This document shows positions 56,711 to 64,000 of a stretch of DNA of 64,000 bases, piece after piece. How positions within the stretch are numbered: position 1 is the stretch's first letter; each line of letters opens with the position of its first letter. Below the pieces are notes generated by a model, which was given only the letters and a program-made list of their open reading frames with translations, searched no databases and had not been told where the DNA came from. Made by a program: the position numbers and the translations under genes. The stretch is from NCBI GenBank assembly GCA_021775475.1, contig JAJFHS010000022.1, forward strand, positions 18,871-82,870, written 5' to 3'. The DNA is from Hyphomicrobiales bacterium. Lineage in GTDB: Bacteria > Pseudomonadota > Alphaproteobacteria > Rhizobiales > JAJFHR01.

Positions 56711-57451
56711 CTAGTTTTTCATGCTCAATTTTCGCGCCGGATCAAGTATTTCCCGGATCAGTTTTTTTACCAGTGCCGGGGTGAAATTTTCAAACTCATT
56801 TACATCTATCAAAAATGCACCGGGTCCACCGATAACAAAACGACGGTAATGGCTGGTGACGCCAGCGGAAGGGGCAAATCCCTTTGGGTCGGGTCGCGAC
56901 GACAGAATTGGCAAACCGTTTATGGTTATTCCGCGCAAAACAGCGTCATCACGGGCATCCCACACAGGACGCCCGTCACTGTTGGGGCCATCTCCTGAAA
57001 CATCTATGATCCTGCGTCTGGCAGTAAAGGAATTGGTCAGTATCTGATTAACCGAAAAATCAATGAGTGCACTGATCGATGTGGATGGTGCGGAACTGAG
57101 CGGGGAATTTGCAATTCTGCGGGTAAATGCCTCAGCACTTTTCAAATCCTGCAGGAGGGTCCAATCGGCGACCACGCGCTGAAATGACCTGCCGGCATAT
57201 TCAATATAGATAACAGCGACGCGGCCTTTTGGCCCCGATCTGATCGCATCTATAACATAAGGGTGAACCAGTGCGCGAAGATAGCCATCTCGTTGTAAGC
57301 GCGCTTCAACGTCATCCACACTACTCGAAACATCAACAGCCAGAACAAGTTCAAGGTCGACTTCTACCGCAAGACTTGCTCTGGATTGATAAATGATGCC
57401 AAATATTGCCATCAAACAGATCAGCGTAAATCTTATGAAAGTTGAGGTCAT
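56711..57451 (-). CDS. DUF1194 (vWA-like) exported protein
   Basis: Signal peptide then VDLELVLAVDVSSSVD, IDVSGDGPN, ITINGLPI and VIGGPGAF; start inferred. Confidence 0.82.
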   Translation of the reverse strand: MTSTFIRFTLICLMAIFGIIYQSRASLAVEVDLELVLAVDVSSSVDDVEARLQRDGYLRALVHPYVIDAIRSGPKGRVAVIYIEYAGRSFQRVVADWTLLQDLKSAEAFTRRIANSPLSSAPSTSISALIDFSVNQILTNSFTARRRIIDVSGDGPNSDGRPVWDARDDAVLRGITINGLPILSSRPDPKGFAPSAGVTSHYRRFVIGGPGAFLIDVNEFENFTPALVKKLIREILDPARKLSMKN

Positions 57452-58355
57452 GACGCAATCTACACCGGAAAGGCTTCGCCGACCAACATCTCTGTGCCGA
57501 TCCTGGCTTTTTGTCGCCGGAGCTGAGCCCGACGCCCACGCCCGCGCACTTGAAAGTGGCGCGGACGTTTTATTGATAGATTTTGAAGATTTCACCCCGG
57601 CGGCAAGGCGCGACGAAGCGCGTGATCTTCTCGCCGGTTTTTTTGTTACCGCAAAAGCTAGAGGTTTTGTCGTTGGTGCGCGCATCAATCCTCTGGAAAC
57701 TGAAGACGGCCCCCGAGACCTCGCTGCTGCCGTCATAGCGGAGGCTGATATTGTCGCCATGTCAAAGGTTGCGACAGCCCAGCAGGTTAAAACGCTTGGT
57801 ATGGCGGTTTCAGCCCTTGGTAACAAAAGCGTCGAACTTCTGCCTAATGTGGAATCAGCACGCGGACTTTTGAATACGATGGAAATTATCGCCGCAGACC
57901 CACGCGTTAGCGCTTGTCTGGTGGCTTCCGAAGATATGGCCGCAGACCTAGGTGCTGAACGTGGAAAAGATGGCCTTGAGCTGCAATATGTCCGGCAAAA
58001 ATTTCTTGTGCAATGTGTCGCATCAGGGGTTCTGGCCATAGACTGCCCCTATACCTGGAGTGATGTTGACGGTGCATCCAGCGATACCGATTATGCCCGC
58101 CGGTTGGGTTATCGCGCCAAGTCCATCATTTCGTCCCAACATGTCGGCGTCGTCAATGCCGGATTAACCCCCGATAGTGAGGCCTTAGCAAAAGCCCGCG
58201 AACTGGTTGACGCCTATGAAAGTGCCCGCCAAGCAGGTGAGGCGGGCGTTGAAATTGGCGGTATCCACGTTGAAATGCCGATTTATATGAACGCCAGGAG
58301 ATTGATTGAGCGTGCGGAAGACCTGAAACAGGCAGACAGGGCCAACAGCCTGTAA
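57450..58355 (+). CDS. CitE/HpcH-HpaI family CoA-ester lyase
   Basis: RSWLFV, ADVLLIDFED, VESARG, ASEDMAADLG and AIDCP motifs; start uncertain (57435 or 57450). Confidence 0.85.
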   Translation: MTQSTPERLRRPTSLCRSWLFVAGAEPDAHARALESGADVLLIDFEDFTPAARRDEARDLLAGFFVTAKARGFVVGARINPLETEDGPRDLAAAVIAEADIVAMSKVATAQQVKTLGMAVSALGNKSVELLPNVESARGLLNTMEIIAADPRVSACLVASEDMAADLGAERGKDGLELQYVRQKFLVQCVASGVLAIDCPYTWSDVDGASSDTDYARRLGYRAKSIISSQHVGVVNAGLTPDSEALAKARELVDAYESARQAGEAGVEIGGIHVEMPIYMNARRLIERAEDLKQADRANSL

Positions 58356-58377
58356 TTTACAGAGTAGCAAAAAATAT

Positions 58378-58433
58378 TCAACCAACTAGTTGACAATTGT
58401 TGTGTCTTTTGATAGCTCAACCAAATGGTTGAG
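58378..58433. promoter_or_regulatory. Tandem TCAAC-N6-GTTGA operators and sigma70-type promoter of the ArsR gene
   Basis: TCAACCAACTAGTTGA (58378-58393, overlapping TTGACA) and CTCAACCAAATGGTTGAG (58416-58433, overlapping the ATG). Confidence 0.7.
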
Positions 58434-58757
58434 AATAATGACAAACATTTGGATGCGACATTTTCTGCTCTGTCGGATCCTACCAGGCGGGCAATACTTT
58501 CGCGATTGGCCCTTACTGATCTGACGGTGACGGAAATTGCCGAACCTTATGAAATGTCGCTGGCAGCTGTTTCAAAACACATTGGCGTTTTGGCTCGGGC
58601 GAAGCTTGTATCGCAACATAAAGAAGGCCGAATTCGGCGTTGCAAGTTTGAACCGGCAGCACTGAATGCTGTGGCTGACTGGATAGAATACTATCAGAGG
58701 TTCTGGCAGGAAAACCTGCAATCTCTCGAAAACTACGTGGAAAAACTGAAAGACTGA
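58425..58757 (+). CDS. ArsR/SmtB-family regulator
   Basis: FSALSDPTRRAIL..VSKHIGVL..EGR. Confidence 0.92.
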   Translation: MVENNDKHLDATFSALSDPTRRAILSRLALTDLTVTEIAEPYEMSLAAVSKHIGVLARAKLVSQHKEGRIRRCKFEPAALNAVADWIEYYQRFWQENLQSLENYVEKLKD

Positions 58758-58794
58758 ACCGTGTAATCGGCAGTTTTAATATGGAGAAAACACA

Positions 58795-59265
58795 ATGAAT
58801 ATTGCAGCCAAACCCCACCTTGATCTCTCAATAAGACGCATATTTAACGCCACGCCGCAAAGACTGTTTCGCGCCTGGACCGAGGCAAGCGAATTGGTCA
58901 AATGGTTTGGGCCCGAAGGTGTCGTGACCGAAAACGCAAAAACCGATTTGCGCGTTGGTGGCGCTTACAGTTTGACCATGCGAATACCAACGGGCGATGT
59001 GGTCGTTCATCATGGTGTTTACCGCGAAATTATAGCCAACGAGAAACTGGTTTTTACCTGGGTGCTTGATGGTCAACATTGCGAGGGTAGCGCGGATGAA
59101 AATTGCGAAACCATCGTAACTATTTTTTTTAACGAGCGCGATGGTGCAACCGAACTGGTGGTCATTCACGACTTCCTGCCAACGCAAAAAGCCCGCGACA
59201 ATCACGAATTCGGCTGGAACGGATGCCTGGAAAGTCTCCAGGGTATTTTGAACCAGGAAGCCTGA
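58795..59265 (+). CDS. SRPBCC/AHSA1-domain protein
   Basis: RLFRAWT, WFGP, DLRVGGAY, LVFTW and GW..CLESL motifs. Confidence 0.9.
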   Translation: MNIAAKPHLDLSIRRIFNATPQRLFRAWTEASELVKWFGPEGVVTENAKTDLRVGGAYSLTMRIPTGDVVVHHGVYREIIANEKLVFTWVLDGQHCEGSADENCETIVTIFFNERDGATELVVIHDFLPTQKARDNHEFGWNGCLESLQGILNQEA

Positions 59266-59302
59266 GCCCCTTGAACCAAAACCATAACCTAGGAAAAAAA
59301 AC

Positions 59303-60007
59303 ATGCATCAGAAAATTGTTTCACCACAAGAATGGCTCACCGCGCGCGAGGAATTTCTTGTTAAAGAAAAAGCCTTCACCAAAGCCCGCGATGAGTTGAG
59401 CCGGCAACGCCGCGACCTGCCATGCGTCAGGGTTGAAAAAGACTATGTGTTTGAAGGAGCAGATGGCTCACGCTCAATGGCCGATCTTTTCAATGGCAAA
59501 GACCAGTTGATTGTCTACCATTTTATGCTTGGCCCCGACTGGGAGGAGGGGTGTACAGCCTGTTCCTTCTGGGCCGACAGCTTCGAAGGTATCGAGGTGC
59601 ATCTCGCCCACCGTGATGTGTCGCTGGTGGTCGTTGCCGATGCCCCGCAGGCAAAACTGGCCGCCTACAAAAAACGCATGGGCTGGACCACACCGTGGTT
59701 TTCAGCCAATGGCACCGGTTTCAACAGGGATTTTCAGGTAGCTTTTACACCGGAAGAACTGGAGGCCAAAAATGCCTATTACAATTACCGCAACGGGCCA
59801 TTTCCGGTTAATCAGGCACCGGGAATAAGCGTGTTTTTGAAAGATGACAATGGTAATACTTATCACACCTATTCTTGCTACAGTCGCGGCCTCGACATGC
59901 TCAATGGTGCCTATCATTACCTTGATCTGACACCCAAAGGACGCGACGAAGCAGACCTGTCATTTTCCATGGCCTGGTTGCGTCGCCATGATCAGTATGA
60001 GACCTGA
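59303..60007 (+). CDS. DUF899 thioredoxin-like protein
   Basis: QLIVYHFM, GCTACSFWAD, YKKRMGW and LDLTPKGRDE motifs. Confidence 0.88.
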   Translation: MHQKIVSPQEWLTAREEFLVKEKAFTKARDELSRQRRDLPCVRVEKDYVFEGADGSRSMADLFNGKDQLIVYHFMLGPDWEEGCTACSFWADSFEGIEVHLAHRDVSLVVVADAPQAKLAAYKKRMGWTTPWFSANGTGFNRDFQVAFTPEELEAKNAYYNYRNGPFPVNQAPGISVFLKDDNGNTYHTYSCYSRGLDMLNGAYHYLDLTPKGRDEADLSFSMAWLRRHDQYET

Positions 60008-60085
60008 TTACAGGTCTTGTTCTGTGGTTTGCTTTCAGCCATCTCTGTGCTAGGAGTTTTCTTTTCAAATCACAGGAGCGCAATC

Positions 60086-60481
60086 ATGGCATTGCCGCAA
60101 TTCATCATGGTTGATAAGGCGCCCCGGCCGGTTGCAACATTTTCGCATGCGGCTGAAGTTGACGGGTGGGTTTTTCTCACCGGCCAGATGCCAACATGGC
60201 CGGGCGAGCCTGATAAAGCATTACCTGAGGGCGTTGACGCCCAGACCCGCCGCGTGATGGACAATCTCAAAATTGTCCTCGACGGCGTCGGTCTGGGTCT
60301 GGAAAACGTGGTTCAGGCGCGCGTCTATATAACCCATTTTGAACGCGACTATGAGGTCATGAACCACGCCTACCAGAGTTACTTTGCCGCAGGAAAACTG
60401 CCCGCGCGCACCTGCATCGGCGTAACCGGGCTTGCGGTGAGGGCGCTTGTCGAGATTGATGTTGTCGCCCGCCGGCCCTGA
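60086..60481 (+). CDS. RidA/YjgF-family protein
   Basis: FSHA, FLTGQMP and PARTCIGV...LVEID; AGGAG RBS. Confidence 0.9.
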   Translation: MALPQFIMVDKAPRPVATFSHAAEVDGWVFLTGQMPTWPGEPDKALPEGVDAQTRRVMDNLKIVLDGVGLGLENVVQARVYITHFERDYEVMNHAYQSYFAAGKLPARTCIGVTGLAVRALVEIDVVARRP

Positions 60482-60483
60482 CT

Positions 60484-62532
60484 TCAAGTGCGCGCTATAT
60501 CAACAAAAGTTTCATTGTAACACGCACCGTCTTCAATGTCGGTGCGCACCTGAGACGAAATCAGCGCATTGACGGTCTGGTCGGTTGAACTTGTTGCCAG
60601 CCATGTGCCCTTTGGCGAATAAAGCACGCGCACGGGCACAGCATCAGTAATTTGGGCGCTCAGATGCACCTCACCTTGTGAATTCCATACCCGCAGACTG
60701 TCGCCTTCGCTGATCTTGTATTCTTCAGCGTCTGCCGGATTGATCTCAACGATTTCTTGCCCTTGAGATTGCGAACAGCCGCCAAAAGTTGCATTAGTGC
60801 GCTTGGACGACGATGGTGAAATGATCGAGAATGGCAGATTACGTGTCACCGGCTCGAAGCGTGGCAGGCCGTAGCCAAAACGCTCCTCGAGATCATCGCA
60901 AAACAACTCGATCTTCCCCGATTTTGTCGCTGGAATAATTGTTTTGCACATGATCATCGGCTCACCTTCGGGCGCGGTCATGGCCAGCGCATTGTCCAGC
61001 GGAATTTGACTGGGGCGTGAGCCACCCAGACGCGGATCCTCATTGTCAAAAGCATCATCCATCAGCTCGGTGTCGCTGGCCTTGAACATCGCATCATCAA
61101 AGCCAAAACGTGCCGCCAGACGACGAAATATTTCGGTGTTGGGCAAACTGTCACCAACGCAAGGAATAACCGCTTCAGCGCGTTGCAGGTAACTGTGACC
61201 GTATGCGCCATAAATATCTGCGTACTCAAAGTGACTGCTGGCGGGCAAAATAATGTCAGCGTAAGCCATCGAATCAGTCATCGCCACATCACAACCGACA
61301 ACAAACAAATCCTCGCGTGATAAAGCCCGGCGCATGCGATTTTGATCGGGATGAGTGCTGACCGGATTGTGATTATATATCATCACCGCCGAAATCGGTG
61401 GATCAAGCGTTTCATCAAGCAGGTGTTTGGCCACATCAACAATGTTGAACGTGCGCGTTCCCTCAGGGATCAGATCAGGTCGTTGCAGCTTGTCGGTTGT
61501 TTTGGCAAAGGCCAGTCCCGGCTTGGCAAAAACGCCCGCTCCAAGGCGTCCGTGATTTCCGGTCAGTGCCTGCAAGGCCATCGCGGCACGCAGCCCCGAG
61601 CCGCCACTTTTACCACGCTCGATACCGTTGCCGACAGATACCGCGACGTTTTCAGCCGCCAAATACCATGAAATTAATTGCTGGAATTTTTCAGCTTTAA
61701 TGCCGCAAATATTTGCAACATCCTCGACACTGTGCAGGTGGGCTTGCGCCATATAGGCATCAAAACCCTCAACCCAACGCTCAATGAAGCTGCGATCAAA
61801 GCCGTTACGCCGCTCCAGTTCAGCCGCCATCGCCAGCGCCATAACCACGTCCGTGCCCGGTTCAATCTGTAAATACAGGTCGGCCTGATCGGCAATTTTC
61901 GTGCGCTTGGGATCAATCACCACCAGCTTTGCCCCTTGAGAGCGGGCGACCTTTATCACTCGGGCCAGATGCAGGTTTGATACGGTCACATTATTGCCCC
62001 AGACAACAATCAGGTCTGCATGCTGGGCCTGTTCCGGCGCCATGCCTGGTGCTGCACCAAACAGGCTGGAGTATGCCGTTCCTCGCACGATGCCACACAG
62101 GGGGCCGCGATTGAGCAAGGTTGCGCCAAGCTTATAGAAAAACCGCCGATCCATGGACCCACAGGCCAACTCCCCATGCGGGCCGGAATAATTGAGAGGC
62201 AAAACGGATTGGGGTCCATGTGCCTTGATTGCCTTGGAAAACCCGTCATGTGTCGCATCCAGTGCATCTTGCCACGACACAGGTTCAAATTTGCCAGACC
62301 CCTTTGCACCTATGCGCCGCAACGGTGTCGTCAACCGGGCGTTACCATGGACAAACTCAGGGTAAGATCGCGCAACCTTGTTGCAGATAACCCCGGCAGT
62401 ATAGGGATTGTCGTGCGAACCCCGCACCTCCAACAGCTTTGTACCATCAGTTTTTACCGCCAGGCTGCAGGTGTCAGGACAATCCAGGGGGCATACGCTT
62501 TTAGCATCAATTATATTGGGTGAATTTTCCAT
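60484..62532 (-). CDS. Cytoplasmic molybdopterin oxidoreductase (DMSO reductase superfamily)
   Basis: CPLDCPDTC...CNK Fe-S motif, ADIILPA, C-terminal molydopterin-binding region; no Tat signal seen. Confidence 0.9.
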   Translation of the reverse strand: MENSPNIIDAKSVCPLDCPDTCSLAVKTDGTKLLEVRGSHDNPYTAGVICNKVARSYPEFVHGNARLTTPLRRIGAKGSGKFEPVSWQDALDATHDGFSKAIKAHGPQSVLPLNYSGPHGELACGSMDRRFFYKLGATLLNRGPLCGIVRGTAYSSLFGAAPGMAPEQAQHADLIVVWGNNVTVSNLHLARVIKVARSQGAKLVVIDPKRTKIADQADLYLQIEPGTDVVMALAMAAELERRNGFDRSFIERWVEGFDAYMAQAHLHSVEDVANICGIKAEKFQQLISWYLAAENVAVSVGNGIERGKSGGSGLRAAMALQALTGNHGRLGAGVFAKPGLAFAKTTDKLQRPDLIPEGTRTFNIVDVAKHLLDETLDPPISAVMIYNHNPVSTHPDQNRMRRALSREDLFVVGCDVAMTDSMAYADIILPASSHFEYADIYGAYGHSYLQRAEAVIPCVGDSLPNTEIFRRLAARFGFDDAMFKASDTELMDDAFDNEDPRLGGSRPSQIPLDNALAMTAPEGEPMIMCKTIIPATKSGKIELFCDDLEERFGYGLPRFEPVTRNLPFSIISPSSSKRTNATFGGCSQSQGQEIVEINPADAEEYKISEGDSLRVWNSQGEVHLSAQITDAVPVRVLYSPKGTWLATSSTDQTVNALISSQVRTDIEDGACYNETFVDIART

Positions 62533-62646
62533 GTGGCAAATGTCCTTTAAGCAGATCAATATCTGAAAAGAGGATATGGAATAATCGGACCGTTAAAAAT
62601 AGCCAGTTTTTAATAATTTAACCATACCACTTTTCGATAATTGAAG

Positions 62647-63258
62647 TTATACAGAATTTGTACTCAGTCGCGCGACTTCAGCTTCAAGTTGCGCGATCCG
62701 CTGGGTCAGTTTGCTGGTTGCCAGTTCAACCGTCTCGAGATTGAACATCTGCGGAATGTATTGTGGGCAATTGACATCCCAGGCGCTGATTTCAAACAGG
62801 AACACGCGTTCAGGCCGCGCCTTGGTGCCGGGATCAACCAGTTTTTCAAGGAGTTGGGGATCATCTTCAACGACGCGAATTTTGCCCCACAGTTTAATGC
62901 GTTTGCGGTTGGTGTAATCCATCAGGAAAATATAGGCCTTGTCATTTTCAGCCGCATTGCCGATGGAGATATATTGCCGGTTGCCGGCGTAATCCGCAAA
63001 GCCAAGGGTTTTTTCATCAATGACTTTTAAAAACCCCTTGGGCCCGCCACGGTGCTGAATATAGGGCTGGCCGTCTTTGGTCGCCGTGGCCAGATAAAAG
63101 CTGTTACGCTCGGAAATAAAAACCTCAAGCACATCTGTGACCGTGTCACTCCAGTCGCGTTTTTCAGACATCTTTTGATAATTTGCGCGCGAGCCCCGCT
63201 TTTCCTGCTCAATTTTGACCGCCGGTGTAAAGGCGATATCGGAATTTAGTGGTGTCAT
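62647..63258 (-). CDS. Pyridoxamine 5'-phosphate oxidase-family FMN-binding protein
   Basis: PYIQHRGGPKGF, DYAGNRQYIS and WDVNCPQYI motifs. Confidence 0.88.
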   Translation of the reverse strand: MTPLNSDIAFTPAVKIEQEKRGSRANYQKMSEKRDWSDTVTDVLEVFISERNSFYLATATKDGQPYIQHRGGPKGFLKVIDEKTLGFADYAGNRQYISIGNAAENDKAYIFLMDYTNRKRIKLWGKIRVVEDDPQLLEKLVDPGTKARPERVFLFEISAWDVNCPQYIPQMFNLETVELATSKLTQRIAQLEAEVARLSTNSV

Positions 63259-63261
63259 GAG

Positions 63262-63687
63262 TTATCCTTCCTCAACGCCGATACGGCGTTCACTCTTTTC
63301 AATTTCAATATCATTGGCGCTCATATCGCGACGGCGCATCAGGCCATCATCATCAAATTCCCAATGTTCATTACCGTGACTGCGATACCATTGACCGGTT
63401 TCGAAGTGCTGCCACTCATATTCAAAGCGCACCGAAATGCGATTGTCGCTAAAGGCCCAAAGCTCTTTCATCAATTTGTAGTGTTTTTCCTTTTGCCATT
63501 TGCGCGTTAAAAACGCTTCAATGGCTTGCCGGCCTTTAAAAAATTCCCCACGGTTGCGCCAGTCTGAGTTGAGCGAGTAGGCCTTGGCGACGCGCTCAGG
63601 GTCGCATGAGTTCCAGCCATCCTGCGCAGCCTTGACCTTGGCGCGTGCGGTCTCCTTACTAAACGGCGGGATTAATTTTTGTGACAT
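63262..63687 (-). CDS. DUF1348 / NTF2-like protein
   Basis: AKVKAAQDGWN, WRNRGEF, KELWAF and GNEHWEF motifs. Confidence 0.88.
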   Translation of the reverse strand: MSQKLIPPFSKETARAKVKAAQDGWNSCDPERVAKAYSLNSDWRNRGEFFKGRQAIEAFLTRKWQKEKHYKLMKELWAFSDNRISVRFEYEWQHFETGQWYRSHGNEHWEFDDDGLMRRRDMSANDIEIEKSERRIGVEEG

Positions 63688-63721
63688 CGCAGTTTACTCC
63701 ATGTGTTATATTTGATACAAC

Positions 63722-63743
63722 ACATGTACCGATCGGTACATGT
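63722..63743. promoter_or_regulatory. Perfect 22-bp palindromic operator (TetR)
   Basis: ACATGTACCGATCGGTACATGT, abutting a minus-strand TTGACA at 63744-63749. Confidence 0.75.
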
Positions 63744-63818
63744 TGTCAAGAGTGCTATGGATATATTTTTTCACAACGCTATAAGAACTACGGATCAGAA
63801 TAGATGAATGGGTGAACT

Positions 63819-64000
63819 ATGAGTGCCTCCAAGCGCGACGTGCTAATTCAGCGCGCCTTTAAAATTTTCCAAGAAAACGGTTTTCATGCCACCGGTATGG
63901 ATAAGCTGGTAAAACTGACGGGCGTTTCCAAGACCGCCATGTACCGGCATTTTCGCACCAAGGACGATTTGATACTGGCGGTTTTAAAATTGCGTGATGA
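63819..64000 (+). CDS. TetR-family regulator, truncated by the window end
   Basis: Own translation: MSASKRDVLIQRAFKIFQENGFHATGMDKLVKLTGVSKTAMYRHFRTKDDLI. Confidence 0.88.
   Translation, partial: MSASKRDVLIQRAFKIFQENGFHATGMDKLVKLTGVSKTAMYRHFRTKDDLILAVLKLRD

Noticed and set aside
57452-58039. 442-aa version of the DUF1194 ORF as a real fusion protein
   Set aside because: The extra 196 aa are antisense to the CitE-like lyase, are Ser/Arg/Ala-rich, and would bury the signal peptide

Overview
64-kb chromosomal window of an alphaproteobacterium; gene order resembles Hyphomicrobiales/Rhizobiales (inference). It is mostly housekeeping: thrB-rnhA, moaB, ETF-QO, ispE, ispB, glyQS, ppdK, sua5, xseB, pdxH, fabI, aroC, tlyA-dxs, bioY. 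No rRNA, tRNA, CRISPR array, integrase or transposase was seen. Accessory material: (i) an AT-rich T5orf172/GIY-YIG nuclease gene at 30.1-30.9 kb; (ii) a patchwork between aroC and a methyltransferase at 41.8-48.0 kb (NeuA-like and surface carbohydrate genes, NsrR-truncated haemoglobin, BrnTA, DUF2971); (iii) small regulator-led modules at 55-64 kb. The most notable non-gene signal is a family of CGTC-tagged REP-like palindromes: three doublets, one collapsed hairpin and one half copy. They share a conserved internal spacer and compensatory stem changes. Four of the five copies carry a GCGTGTC/ACACG motif 23-24 nt outside the palindrome. Two directly repeated right ends of this element bracket the nuclease gene like a one-gene cassette, at a probable xseB/dxs inversion breakpoint. 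Product calls come from recognised motifs and gene context only; no database search was run.
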